Made by a program: the position numbers and the translations under genes
Shown: positions 36,343-46,073 of the stretch, piece after piece
Numbering within the stretch: the first letter of the stretch is position 1
How the letters are laid out: each line of letters begins with the position of its first letter
Source of the DNA: a virus
Taxonomy: Duplodnaviria; Caudoviricetes
DNA: 56,716 nucleotides
Reading direction: 5' to 3' (one strand)
Virus record (IMG/VR): IMGVR_UViG_3300010403_000026
Coordinates: 1 to 56,716 of that record
The notes under the pieces: generated by a model
Seen by the model: only the letters and a program-made list of their open reading frames with translations
The model's database searches: none
Told to the model about the DNA's origin: nothing

Positions 36343-36906
36343 ATGAAAGCTACGTTGCATCAGGGCAGGAACGCGCCGAATTTTTGCTTTGAACTGGTCG
36401 ATGAATCGGGCAAGTCTCTGACGTTTGTGCAAACGGATTGGGACTATGCTCCCCTGGCTCGTTCGTGCGGATGGGACATGTCGGAAGTGCAAGCCGAATC
36501 TAGAACGGCTCATTTTGAGCGATTCGCTATCGAGCTGCCCTCTGAAGCAATCGCCGATTGTTCCCATCAAGGCGCTTGCGACGATGACGTAAAGCACTGG
36601 GCAGGGGAGATTAATCGGCCAGAGCGGTGCACGCCGCAAGCTCTGGCTGCGGAACTGAAGGAATATGGCGCATGGGACACCGATCAATTAACCGATGATG
36701 ACGCAAACTGGGGACGCATCGTCTGGATTGCAGCGGGCAATCTGAAAGAGGAAAAATGCGACCACAACGGTACAGACGGCACGATTGATTGTGACAAATG
36801 CGGATGCAAGGTTAGCACGTTCTTATCGGCCGCATTCGACTACCTGGCGGCGCACGACGGCGATGAATTCGACGTTGACGATTGCTATGCCGATCTCGCG
36901 GAATGA
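36343..36906 (+). CDS. Hypothetical acidic early protein
   Basis: GAGGGG Shine-Dalgarno; DCSHQGACD, YGAWD. Confidence 0.6.
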   Translation: MKATLHQGRNAPNFCFELVDESGKSLTFVQTDWDYAPLARSCGWDMSEVQAESRTAHFERFAIELPSEAIADCSHQGACDDDVKHWAGEINRPERCTPQALAAELKEYGAWDTDQLTDDDANWGRIVWIAAGNLKEEKCDHNGTDGTIDCDKCGCKVSTFLSAAFDYLAAHDGDEFDVDDCYADLAE

Positions 36907-37011
36907 GTGACTAGTTCCAGTCCCCTCGCATGCGCCGGTCCGTCAAGCCGGCGCGCGCGAGGCGATTGCAACGGGCAAGCGTCGATCTGGACACCGAAAG
37001 AGGGAAAAGCA

Positions 37012-37356
37012 ATGAAACGGGTAGTCGACGGATCAATGGTTGCGCACCTATGGGCGCATCAATCGCAATCCGACGCGCGAAACGGAACAGGGAAGCTGTC
37101 CGTCGAGGTGCGCGGCGGATGGCACACTCCTGGCCAATTGACGGCAGAAGAGGCTTGCCGCCCGGAAGAGTTCTGTATCCTGCTCTCGACTGGAGGCCCA
37201 GCGCTGCGGATCATGGGCGAGCTTGACGAGCATTGCCAGCCAACTCGCGCCTACTTGCAGTATCAGGACTGGGGCACGCCCTGGACCGACTACTACGAAA
37301 CCGGCATTGGCGAAGTCCTGCTCAAATGGGCCAGCGTGTTCTACTTCGGAGATTGA
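37012..37356 (+). CDS. Hypothetical early protein (TGGPA...QDWGTPW)
   Basis: GAGGG Shine-Dalgarno. Confidence 0.6.
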   Translation: MKRVVDGSMVAHLWAHQSQSDARNGTGKLSVEVRGGWHTPGQLTAEEACRPEEFCILLSTGGPALRIMGELDEHCQPTRAYLQYQDWGTPWTDYYETGIGEVLLKWASVFYFGD

Positions 37357-37416
37357 CCGGGGAGCGGTGCGCGGGCCACCTCGTCAGCCGCAAACCCGGA
37401 CGAAAAGAGGGAGCCA

Positions 37417-37698
37417 ATGAAAGTCCAAGAGTATCGAGACCTGATGGATAATGTCGGCCATTTGTGGGCCAGTTGCAGAAGCGGCGCGACCGATGATGAG
37501 CTGGAAAGCGAATGCGCCCGACTCGAAAAAGCCTTGAACGAATTGCGCGACGCGCCAATCCCGCGTCGGCTTATCGTCCGCGAGATGCACAAATCGGCAG
37601 CGCTGCAAAAGCGCGTGCGGCAGCATCTTTTCACGGTGCGAATGTATCTGAACTGCAACCAACGAATTGGGGCGGAATACTTTGGAACATCGCGGTAA
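37417..37698 (+). CDS. Hypothetical protein
   Basis: GAGGAG Shine-Dalgarno. Confidence 0.6.
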   Translation: MKVQEYRDLMDNVGHLWASCRSGATDDELESECARLEKALNELRDAPIPRRLIVREMHKSAALQKRVRQHLFTVRMYLNCNQRIGAEYFGTSR

Positions 37699-37922
37699 AC
37701 GTAACCGCGATTATGGGCGTGCTGGTGTAGCAATGAGGGGGAGACTTTGAAGCGGGCTAGGTCCGAGGCCAGACGGTGAACAGCGGTCGCGCCGCTCAGT
37801 AGCCGTTCAACTGTAGACGATACGCTCGCGGAGTCGCCAACTGAAAGACCCCTCCTCACGCCCAGCTAGTTTTCGTGGGGCCGCCTCGTCAGCCGGATAG
37901 CCGGGGACTGGTGGCCCACAAT

Positions 37923-38022
37923 GGCGCAGGGGCGGGCAAGGCGACCCGCAAAACGTGAAAGCTGGTAGCCGCGCGCGAGGCTCGCAATCCAGCTCCAGCC
38001 GGTTCGATTCCGGCCTGCGTCC
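37923..38022 (+). ncRNA. tRNA-like structured RNA, non-canonical
   Basis: GGCGCAG/CTGCGTC acceptor-like stem and GCCGG-TTCGATT-CCGGC T-arm; no standard anticodon arm. Confidence 0.5.
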
Positions 38023-38080
38023 CTACGGCAAATGGGCCATTAGCTTGACTTTCCGTTGTTAATCCATGACAATGCTTTGC

Positions 38081-38275
38081 ATGAGCGAGCTTATGACGAT
38101 TGCCGACTACGCGAAACGGGAAAACGTCACCGCCCAGGCGGTCTACAACTGGATCAACCAGCAGAAGATCACGCCTGAGGTCGTCGAGGGCCACTACTGG
38201 ATACCCTCCGACACCGTGAGGCCAAAGAAGCGCCCACCGGGGCGCTTGCCTAAGCCCAAGCTAATCTTGTCTTGA
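38081..38275 (+). CDS. Excisionase-like HTH protein
   Basis: LMTIADYAKRENVTAQAVYNWI; TTGACT-17 nt-GACAAT then 7 nt to ATG. Confidence 0.75.
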   Translation: MSELMTIADYAKRENVTAQAVYNWINQQKITPEVVEGHYWIPSDTVRPKKRPPGRLPKPKLILS

Positions 38276-38352
38276 CAAACCGTTGAAAATCTTTAGGATT
38301 TATGTTGACAACCGGGGACAGGAACCGTAAATTTCTCTCAAGAGGAAGAACC

Positions 38353-38598
38353 ATGAAAGGCTTTGCTTACTATCTCGACCACGAAGCCGCGACGGACGCG
38401 GCGCGGCTGTTCTCCTGCGGCTCTCCGGGGAAGCCCTCGATAGTCGCGGTCTTTGACGACACCGACAAGGAGACTGGAACGCCCCGGTACGGCATCAGGG
38501 CTGAGGGGTTGTTCCACCCGGACGTGGTGTCCGTGTGGGCTGGGGGAAATGAGATGGAACTGGACCGCGAGAGCGTAGCGGGGATGGTGAGATCATGA
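38353..38598 (+). CDS. Hypothetical protein
   Basis: GAGGA Shine-Dalgarno. Confidence 0.55.
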   Translation: MKGFAYYLDHEAATDAARLFSCGSPGKPSIVAVFDDTDKETGTPRYGIRAEGLFHPDVVSVWAGGNEMELDRESVAGMVRS

Positions 38599-39224
38599 CC
38601 AACGAACAAAAGCGTGACGCATGGCTGCAAGCCTACTGCGCGGCACTTTCGCAGGGCTTGGCGTGGTCTATTGACCGATGCGTCGATCAGGGGAATTCGG
38701 ACTGGAAGACGGCTTATCAAGAAGCCGATGAAATCGCCATCTCCGCTGCTGACGCCGCTCTCGTGGCTCTACTGGAACGCTTCCCTGAACCACAAGAAGG
38801 ACCGTCGCAACCTGAAGCGGATGCCGTCTGCGCCGCCAAGGTTGAGATGGACGAGCAACGAGAAAAGGATGTGCTGGCGCTGGTGGACGCGGCACGAAAC
38901 GTGATTCACTCAAACGAGCAGGGACGATACGGCAAACCTTCGTGGCCCGAAGCGATAACCGCCCTTCGCGCCGCCCTCGTCCCGTTCTCTGGTAAGGCAC
39001 CGAAGGCCAAACTGCCACCACCGTCGATGGACGAAGGTGAATGTTGCACAACCTACCGGATCAGCAGCGGCATTTCGATTTGGTCATCGCTAGATGAACG
39101 ACATCAAGGCGAGTGGTGTGCAACCAACCTGCACGATAGCGATCACGGACCAAATATGCGTTACTTCCCCACCCCGGAAGCCGCTCTGGACGCCTTGGTC
39201 GAGGCAGGATTGGTGAAACCATGA
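38595..39224 (+). CDS. Hypothetical protein
   Basis: 209 aa, ATGA overlap. Confidence 0.6.
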   Translation: MTNEQKRDAWLQAYCAALSQGLAWSIDRCVDQGNSDWKTAYQEADEIAISAADAALVALLERFPEPQEGPSQPEADAVCAAKVEMDEQREKDVLALVDAARNVIHSNEQGRYGKPSWPEAITALRAALVPFSGKAPKAKLPPPSMDEGECCTTYRISSGISIWSSLDERHQGEWCATNLHDSDHGPNMRYFPTPEAALDALVEAGLVKP

Positions 39225-39327
39225 CGCTCGAAGTCTGCGTCGTGCCACTGCTCGTAATGATCGCGCTCATGCTTGCGATGATCTCGTTCCAAATCGCCGT
39301 AAGAAACGACGGGAAGGACCAGCAGTC

Positions 39328-39603
39328 ATGACCCACCTGACCTTCGGCATCTCCGAACACCAGACCTTGGAACTGTCGCACGACTACTTCCCGGACAACG
39401 GTCAGACGGACGAGTGGGGATGCGTCAGGATGACGCTCAAGGCCGCTTACTTCGAGTCGGCTACGGTATCGCTCCATTTCTCCTCGGTGGAGGAGATCGA
39501 CCGGCTGACGAAAGAACTGGAAGCCCTGCGGACCGCGTGGCTCTGCGAGAGGGCGGCAGAGGGAATCAGATACGAAGAACAGAAACCCATTGAGGTGAAG
39601 TGA
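39328..39603 (+). CDS. Hypothetical protein
   Basis: 91 aa, coupled. Confidence 0.55.
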   Translation: MTHLTFGISEHQTLELSHDYFPDNGQTDEWGCVRMTLKAAYFESATVSLHFSSVEEIDRLTKELEALRTAWLCERAAEGIRYEEQKPIEVK

Positions 39604-40052
39604 TGAAACTTGCGGACCTGACTCTTGGGTGCCACTACAACGCATGGGCGGTGCTGCACATTCTGGCTGGTAAAGATGTCGATACGGACAATGGGTGGCG
39701 CGTCGAGACCGCCCCGTGGTACAACGGGCGTGAGCGTGGCTTCACGTTCACGATCAGCAACTTCAAGAAGACGCTCCACGTCGCCGTCTTCGAGCATCGG
39801 AACAGCGACGACATCTGCGCCCTTCGATGGGAGGGAGAATCCGACATCAACCCGCCGACCTGTGAAAGCGACTGCGAGAAGGCTTACCACGGCAAGAACA
39901 AGTGGGACGGCATCGCACACACGGTCGAGTACAACGAGGCCGGAAAGATGGCCGAGTGGGTGCAGAACGAACTGGAAAACTTTGCCGATCAACACTCAAA
40001 GGAGGTAGAAGATGACCCCGTTGTGGCCCCTGATCGAAGCCGCCACCCGTGA
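39600..40052 (+). CDS. Hypothetical protein (WYNGRERG, FEHRNSD)
   Basis: 150 aa, coupled. Confidence 0.6.
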   Translation: MMKLADLTLGCHYNAWAVLHILAGKDVDTDNGWRVETAPWYNGRERGFTFTISNFKKTLHVAVFEHRNSDDICALRWEGESDINPPTCESDCEKAYHGKNKWDGIAHTVEYNEAGKMAEWVQNELENFADQHSKEVEDDPVVAPDRSRHP

Positions 40053-40163
40053 GTACCGGACCCGGCAGGCGCAGCAGAGAAGCGAAGCACAGACCGTGAA
40101 GGCTTGCCGCACTGTAGCGGTCAAGCGTGATGGGTGGTGGAGTAAACTCTTGAGGAGGTTCAA

Positions 40164-40715
40164 GTGAAACTGTTGGAAATCGGCGATGAGTTTCGTGCCC
40201 TCGACGCCCTCTTGGCTGAGGCCGCGTGGGACGCCAACGACGTGACGCAAGAGAGCTTGGAAGCCATGCAGGACGCGCATGAAGCGCTCTCGAAGTGGTT
40301 CGATGAACTCTCGACCGGCGAGAGTCAGAAGATCGACAATTACAGGGCCTACATCCGCACCCTTGAGCGGGACATTGCGGTCGCACAGTCCCTTGAGGAC
40401 CAGTACCGCAAGGAGCGGAAGACACGCGAAGGCCGCATCGAGTGGCTGAAGGGACGGATGAAAGCCTACCTCGAACTTCGGGGCAAGGACCGCATCGTCA
40501 CCGACACCTTGGGTGAAGTGAAGCTCCAGACCAACGGAGGCAAACTCCCCATCGTCCCTGAAGGGTGGGCGGATGGACTGGACCCGGCGACGATTGACTC
40601 TCAGTTCCGCAAGCTGGCTGTCAACACCGAGGCAGTCCGAGCTGCTTTAGAAGGCGGAGAAGAACTACCGTTCGCCAAGCTGGGCGAGCGTGGGAAGCAC
40701 ATTCGATTAAAGTAA
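40164..40715 (+). CDS. Siphovirus Gp157-family protein
   Basis: KIDNY..YI, coiled coil, AVRAALEGGEELPFAKL..RGKHIRLK. Confidence 0.8.
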   Translation: MKLLEIGDEFRALDALLAEAAWDANDVTQESLEAMQDAHEALSKWFDELSTGESQKIDNYRAYIRTLERDIAVAQSLEDQYRKERKTREGRIEWLKGRMKAYLELRGKDRIVTDTLGEVKLQTNGGKLPIVPEGWADGLDPATIDSQFRKLAVNTEAVRAALEGGEELPFAKLGERGKHIRLK

Positions 40716-40733
40716 CCAAACCGAGGGAAGCAA

Positions 40734-41552
40734 ATGAGCGCCGAAGTGAAACTCTACCATCCGCGCGGCCCGGCCGTGTTGATGACGCTGGAAGGCGACC
40801 TGACGACCTACTCAAGCCAAGTTGACAATCTGCTCAACGGTGGCTGGCTGGTGGCCCCGCCGGGACTGGAGGCCGGTGAGGAAAAAGATACCGTGGGGTT
40901 CGTCCTTCACGGGGAACTGGAACGGGACGGAAAGGCGACTCCGTTCCTGCTCCTGTACTCCACCAATGACGCCATGAAGTGGTCGTTCCTGAAGGTCTAC
41001 CTGAACAAGCTCGAACAGATCGAGGACTTCGAGTTCGCGTCCGGGATGAAGTTGGCGCAGATTCCCGTCTATGTCGGCAACGACAAACCGGAACGGGGCA
41101 AGTCGAGCCGGGTCGATCAGTTCATCAAACCCACTAGGCCCTTCGTGGTCGTCTTCAAGGCCAACCCGAAGTGGAACAAGGAAGACGCCGACGCCCACGC
41201 GGCCAGGCAGGAAATCTACCCGGTCCCCAAGCGGTTGTTCGTTCGCTGGGCGGATCAGCGGCCGCAGAGCGACCATCCAGAGCCTTCTGGAACGCCTACG
41301 ACCGCTCATGAGCCATCATCCCAGTCTCAACCGGCCCAAAGAGCGCCCGTGCAGAGGAGCGGCGTAGCGAGCGAACTGGCGGCTTGGCTGGCCAAAGACC
41401 CAACCCTCCAGCAGTTGAACGACTGGCTCCCGGACTTGGGCAAGATGACTCCCGATACGAAGCGAGAGTGCTGGACGATGATCCAGGAATTCGCACGGGC
41501 CGGTGGGCTGACGTTCGATGAGCAGACGAAGAAGTTCAAACCGTTCTTTTAA
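40734..41552 (+). CDS. Hypothetical protein, possibly recombination-related
   Basis: 272 aa after Gp157; no motif recognised. Confidence 0.55.
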   Translation: MSAEVKLYHPRGPAVLMTLEGDLTTYSSQVDNLLNGGWLVAPPGLEAGEEKDTVGFVLHGELERDGKATPFLLLYSTNDAMKWSFLKVYLNKLEQIEDFEFASGMKLAQIPVYVGNDKPERGKSSRVDQFIKPTRPFVVVFKANPKWNKEDADAHAARQEIYPVPKRLFVRWADQRPQSDHPEPSGTPTTAHEPSSQSQPAQRAPVQRSGVASELAAWLAKDPTLQQLNDWLPDLGKMTPDTKRECWTMIQEFARAGGLTFDEQTKKFKPFF

Positions 41553-41565
41553 CCAAGGAGTTTCC

Positions 41566-41835
41566 ATGTCCGAAGAAATCGAAGTGACCAAGATCATCCT
41601 GAAGATCGGCAAGAAGTCCATCGAGCTAACGCCTGCCGAGATGAAGGAGTTGCGCGACGTGATCGACCAGACGTTCCCAAAGGAGAAGATCGTCAAGGAA
41701 CACATCTATATCCCGACCGCGCCGCCGCTCGTTCCGTGGTACAGGAGACGGTACTGGGATGAACCGCGATGGACATATACGAGCAAGACAACCGAAGGTC
41801 GAAAGTCGGCAACGATGATGCTTTCGACCAAGTGA
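41566..41835 (+). CDS. Hypothetical protein
   Basis: AAGGAG Shine-Dalgarno. Confidence 0.65.
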   Translation: MSEEIEVTKIILKIGKKSIELTPAEMKELRDVIDQTFPKEKIVKEHIYIPTAPPLVPWYRRRYWDEPRWTYTSKTTEGRKSATMMLSTK

Positions 41836-41976
41836 CCTTTGTCCGGGGGAGATCGGTGGCCTGCTTGTCGCAGGTGCCACGTTATCCTCGTGGTTTCCGC
41901 AAAAACGCCGGTCTTCCCCGGACAATGCTTTTGATGTGTACCAGTTACGGAAGCTGGAAAACTAGGGCGAAAAAGC

Positions 41977-42210
41977 ATGGCATGCCCAACTTGTGATCAC
42001 ACGATGCAGTATTGCGGAAACGGACGTAGCCACTGCCCCCGATGTGGAACCATGTGCATCGACGGAGCTAATTACGTTCCGAAGCTGGTGGAGCGGTGCC
42101 GACGCTTCGAGGATGAGCGCATTCCGCTGACAGGAACGCTCGCCGAAGAATGGTTTCGTCTCGGCATCGCTGAGTCGATCAACAAGCCAGAAAACAGGTC
42201 CACTACCTAA
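41977..42210 (+). CDS. Zn-ribbon protein
   Basis: CPTC...CPRC. Confidence 0.6.
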   Translation: MACPTCDHTMQYCGNGRSHCPRCGTMCIDGANYVPKLVERCRRFEDERIPLTGTLAEEWFRLGIAESINKPENRSTT

Positions 42211-42212
42211 GA

Positions 42213-42527
42213 GTGCCGGACCACGAGGGTAAAAAAGTGTCCGAATTTCGATTGCCTGACCTTGTGACTGATGACCGCACGCTAGAGCTGCAAAACTACG
42301 CGAGCGAACAAGAGGCTAAACTGCTGCCCTGTCCGTTCTGTGGATCGAAAGCCTACTACGTTCGTTCAGTCAATGGAAGCAATATGCACCGTTGCGGTTG
42401 TCACGCATGCGGGGTGTATTTCAAATCGCCGGAGGTTTACCATCCGGGCGGCGACTATCTGACCAAGGACATTGTGTCAGCGTGGAACCAGCGCGCTGAT
42501 CCGTGCCCGAAAGGTCACGACGAGTAG
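42213..42527 (+). CDS. Lar-family restriction alleviation-like protein
   Basis: LLPCPFCG...CHAC...AWNQR. Confidence 0.7.
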   Translation: MPDHEGKKVSEFRLPDLVTDDRTLELQNYASEQEAKLLPCPFCGSKAYYVRSVNGSNMHRCGCHACGVYFKSPEVYHPGGDYLTKDIVSAWNQRADPCPKGHDE

Positions 42528-42564
42528 CCCAGCCTACCGAGCTAGAGAACCAAAGGAGAAAGCA

Positions 42565-42762
42565 ATGACTGACTTGTTGTGTCCACTGACCCACAAAAGG
42601 CTGTGCTCCATCCCCCAGCCCCAGATGACGCTCGCGGACGTGAAGCAGTATTTGGCCCACGTCTTCGGAAACGAAGTGGCCGCGCAGTCGAGGTGCCGGT
42701 CGAGGGACACGGATTGGATCGTAGACGTTCCGGTCGGGCTGAAGATCGTGGAACGGAACTGA
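42565..42762 (+). CDS. Hypothetical protein
   Basis: AAGGAG Shine-Dalgarno. Confidence 0.5.
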   Translation: MTDLLCPLTHKRLCSIPQPQMTLADVKQYLAHVFGNEVAAQSRCRSRDTDWIVDVPVGLKIVERN

Positions 42763-42766
42763 GCGC

Positions 42767-42958
42767 TTGACTCCTCTCAGGGGCGAGCGTACAAATGAAA
42801 TCGACGCCGGATGTCAGACCCCGGCAGGCCGCAAGCTATGGGACAACTTGAATTTTTCCTGGGGCCATGCCCCTTCGGTGCCGAACATTCGCTTCCATAG
42901 CGGCGGGTGGGATCGGGTCTGACGCCGAAGGGGTGTGGCCCCCGGTGTTTTCAAGGAG
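42767..42958 (+). promoter_or_regulatory. Promoter and structured 5' leader of the replication genes
   Basis: TTGACT-17 nt-TACAAA; long stem 42861-80/42923-42. Confidence 0.65.
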
Positions 42959-42964
42959 TCTAGG

Positions 42965-43798
42965 ATGGTCTTCCGAGTTGACCCGGAGATTCAGAGTTTT
43001 CTCCCCAAGATGGGAGAAGAGAGCTACGGGTTGCTGAGAAAAAACATCATCGCACGCCACGAGGCTGGCCACAAAGTAGACAATCTCGTCATCATCAACG
43101 TCAACGGCGATCACTTCCTCGGCGACGGACACAACCGCAAAGACATCTGCGACGGCGAGGGCATCCCCTACGAGTTCTCGATTCTGAAAATGAGCACCCG
43201 CGAAGAGGCTATCCAGTGGATTATTGAGAACCAACTAGGCAAGCGCAACCTGACCGACGCCCAGCGCAGCGACCTTCGCGGAAGGCTATATCTGAACACC
43301 AAAAACGGGCACGGCGGCGACCGAGCAAGTTCCCAAAATGGGAACTTGAAAACAGCGGAAAAAATAGCAAAAACAGAGGGTGTATCGAAAAATACCGTGC
43401 TTCGAGACGCCGAGTTTTCCAAGGGCCTTGACGAGCTAAAACCAGAAGCAAAAGCCAAAGTTCTGTCCGGCGAGGCCACGGTCACGAAGTCCCAAGTCGC
43501 CACCGGAATCTTCTGCCCGAACTGCACGAAGAAAGGCCCCAAGTCCATGTGCCGGGAATGCTTTGCTTTGCGCGAGAAAGCGAAAGAGAGCAAACCAACC
43601 AACGGCAAACCCAAAGAACCCAAGTCCGGTCGATTGAAGTTCGATGACCGCAAGGTCGAGGACATGATCGGCAGGCTGACTAGGCTTCTGAACGACCGGG
43701 CGCAAGCTTTGGGGCACCAGAAGCATCCGGGGTGGAAATCAACCCACTCGAAGATGAGCGACCTCATTGAGGCTTGGGAAGCATGGCAGAAGGCATAA
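42965..43798 (+). CDS. ParB/Srx-like domain protein
   Basis: DGHNR..IC, NQLGKRNLT, HTH AEKIAKTEGVSKNTV.RD. Confidence 0.75.
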   Translation: MVFRVDPEIQSFLPKMGEESYGLLRKNIIARHEAGHKVDNLVIINVNGDHFLGDGHNRKDICDGEGIPYEFSILKMSTREEAIQWIIENQLGKRNLTDAQRSDLRGRLYLNTKNGHGGDRASSQNGNLKTAEKIAKTEGVSKNTVLRDAEFSKGLDELKPEAKAKVLSGEATVTKSQVATGIFCPNCTKKGPKSMCRECFALREKAKESKPTNGKPKEPKSGRLKFDDRKVEDMIGRLTRLLNDRAQALGHQKHPGWKSTHSKMSDLIEAWEAWQKA

Positions 43799-45342
43799 TC
43801 CTGCCCACGATGTGGCCACATCAGGAGTACGCCGTTGGTGAAGTGCCACGGCGTATCCTTGCTGGCGAAAAGAAAATCTGCCTGACCTCTCCAACGGGAG
43901 GAGGAAAGACGCGGATCGTCTGCGAACTGATCGAGTGGGCGGTCGCGCAAGGATGGAAGGCCATCGTCTACACAAATCGGAAACTGCTCATCAATCAACT
44001 TTCCAGAGTCCTCACCGCTCATGGATTAACCTTCGGCATTCGTGCGGCCGGACATGAGGACAATCGCCAGCACGACGTACAGGTATCCTCTCTGCCGACC
44101 GAAAACCAGCGCGTCTTCAAAATGGACAAGTGGCAGATTCACGGCCACGGAGTAAAGACCCTGGCCCTCGTGGACGAAGCGCACCTGAACAAAGCCGCAA
44201 TGGCCGAGCAGGTTTTGAAGCTTCACGTCGAGCACGGCGGAGCGTATGTGGGGATCACGGCCACGCCAATTGACCTAGCGCACCTGTACGACTCGCTGGT
44301 CGTCGCCGGGACGATGGGGGAATTGAGAAAATACGGATGTCTGGTTCCCGCCATGCACTACGGGCCGGACGAACCGGACATGCGGAACTTCAAGCAGAGT
44401 GTTAAGACCGGGGAATACAAGGAAGGCGATGTCAAGAAAGCCATCATGACCAAAGCGATCTTCGGTCGAGTCCTGGACCAATACCGCCAACTCAATCCCG
44501 ACCAAAGGCCAACCGTTCTCTTTGCTCCTGGGGTCGAGGAGTCGATCTGGTTCGCCGAGCAGCTTTGCAAGGCTGGTGTTCGCGCGGCCCATATCGACGG
44601 CAACGGAGTCTGGATGGAAGGCGAGTATTACCCAAACGGGCCACGGGAAGAACTCCTTGCCTCCGTCAGAGACGGGTACACAAAGATCATCTGCAACCGC
44701 TTCGTCCTTCGGGAAGGACTGGATATTCCCGAACTCTCGCACGCCATCGCCGCCACCGTGATGGGGTCGCTCCAGACCTGGCTTCAGTCGATGGGGCGCA
44801 TCCTACGGGCCTGCGCTGGAAAACAGTCAGCCACCATTCAGGACCACGGCGGGCACTACTGGAGGCACGGTTCAGTCAACGCGGATCGCGAGTGGGCGCT
44901 TGGCAAGACCGAGGCTCAGTGGAAAGAGGAACGAGCGGAGCGGATCATCGCCAAGCAGGATCAGGAACCGATCCGCTGCCCTCAGTGCGGCCGGATTCGA
45001 CCATCTGGCCCAAAGTGCCCTCAGTGCGGACACGAATCAAGCAAGCGAACCCGCATCGTCATGCAGTCCGATGGCTCTCTTCGCCAGCACGAAGGCGACG
45101 TGTTCAAACCCAAGCCTGTGAAGGTCGAGCCGGACACCGCCAAGCTGTGGAGCAACAAGTATTACCAAGCCAAGAATTCGAAGAATCGCATGAACTTCAA
45201 ACAAGCAGAGGCGATGTTCTTCTTGGAAAACCACTACTACCCACCACGCACGCTTCCCCTGATGCCCATCGAGAAAGCCGACTGGTCTTTGCCAGTGGCC
45301 GACGTTCCCTATGACCGCCTGATCCAAAAGGAGAAATCATGA
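43774..45342 (+). CDS. Superfamily 2 helicase with C-terminal Zn ribbon
   Basis: SPTGGGKT, DEAH, TATP, EGLDIP, QSMGRILR, CPQC..CPQC. Confidence 0.9.
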   Translation: MGSMAEGIILPTMWPHQEYAVGEVPRRILAGEKKICLTSPTGGGKTRIVCELIEWAVAQGWKAIVYTNRKLLINQLSRVLTAHGLTFGIRAAGHEDNRQHDVQVSSLPTENQRVFKMDKWQIHGHGVKTLALVDEAHLNKAAMAEQVLKLHVEHGGAYVGITATPIDLAHLYDSLVVAGTMGELRKYGCLVPAMHYGPDEPDMRNFKQSVKTGEYKEGDVKKAIMTKAIFGRVLDQYRQLNPDQRPTVLFAPGVEESIWFAEQLCKAGVRAAHIDGNGVWMEGEYYPNGPREELLASVRDGYTKIICNRFVLREGLDIPELSHAIAATVMGSLQTWLQSMGRILRACAGKQSATIQDHGGHYWRHGSVNADREWALGKTEAQWKEERAERIIAKQDQEPIRCPQCGRIRPSGPKCPQCGHESSKRTRIVMQSDGSLRQHEGDVFKPKPVKVEPDTAKLWSNKYYQAKNSKNRMNFKQAEAMFFLENHYYPPRTLPLMPIEKADWSLPVADVPYDRLIQKEKS

Positions 45343-45623
45343 GACTTCAATGCTGGCTTTGGGGATGCGAAGACACTCATCGTCTCGATGACGAAGAAGG
45401 GCTTCTGTCCGAATGCCGCCGATGCCGCGAGCCGTCGTATGGAGAAAACTGGTACTTTTCGCTACTCAATCGAATCGAGTTTGACTGGTTGTACCCCATC
45501 GTTCACCGCTGCCTGTGCGGCAAGCTCGACTGGTTCAATAGTAAGAAGCACGAAGACTGCTGCGGCAAAGCCCATCAGGAATGGATGGACAAGAACCAAA
45601 TCGGCGACGACATCCCGTTTTGA
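45339..45623 (+). CDS. Cys-rich hypothetical protein
   Basis: 94 aa, DDIPF tail. Confidence 0.6.
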   Translation: MRLQCWLWGCEDTHRLDDEEGLLSECRRCREPSYGENWYFSLLNRIEFDWLYPIVHRCLCGKLDWFNSKKHEDCCGKAHQEWMDKNQIGDDIPF

Positions 45624-45630
45624 GGCTCCT

Positions 45631-45858
45631 ATGGCCAAGAAAACTGACGAGACTCTTCATCGTTACGACTTCAAGTGCTGCAACGGCCTCTGTAAGCGCT
45701 CTGGGTCCATCAAGTGCAACTGGATCGAGCTGAACTACCTCAGAGAGTGTAAGCCTCCGATGGAGTGTTCGTTCTGCAAGCAACGAAAGAAGCGCCACCC
45801 GACGCCGGGTTTGTTTGATGGAGTTGAAGAAGGAATCCACTTGGGAGAAATCGAGTGA
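45631..45858 (+). CDS. Cys-rich hypothetical protein
   Basis: GAGG Shine-Dalgarno. Confidence 0.5.
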   Translation: MAKKTDETLHRYDFKCCNGLCKRSGSIKCNWIELNYLRECKPPMECSFCKQRKKRHPTPGLFDGVEEGIHLGEIE

Positions 45859-46073
45859 AGCTCAATCTGCGAATCAGGCGCTATCCTTCCGATCCGAACC
45901 ACTGCGACGTGTGGCTGCTCGACGGCGTGCTCGGCGCTGAATGCCTGCTTCACGGCCAAGTCCTTCCGAGTCGGGCCGATGCTTTGAAGGAATGGTTTTC
46001 GGAGCACGGGGTCAAATGCGAAGAAGAGTCATCGCCGATTGAAAACCCAAAGGACTTGGGAGGCGAAGCGTGA
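45855..46073 (+). CDS. Hypothetical protein
   Basis: GTGA coupling. Confidence 0.55.
   Translation: MKLNLRIRRYPSDPNHCDVWLLDGVLGAECLLHGQVLPSRADALKEWFSEHGVKCEEESSPIENPKDLGGEA

Noticed and set aside
38081-38275. Xis-like gene as evidence of an integrated prophage
   Set aside because: No integrase, att site or host genes in the window; lifestyle is undetermined
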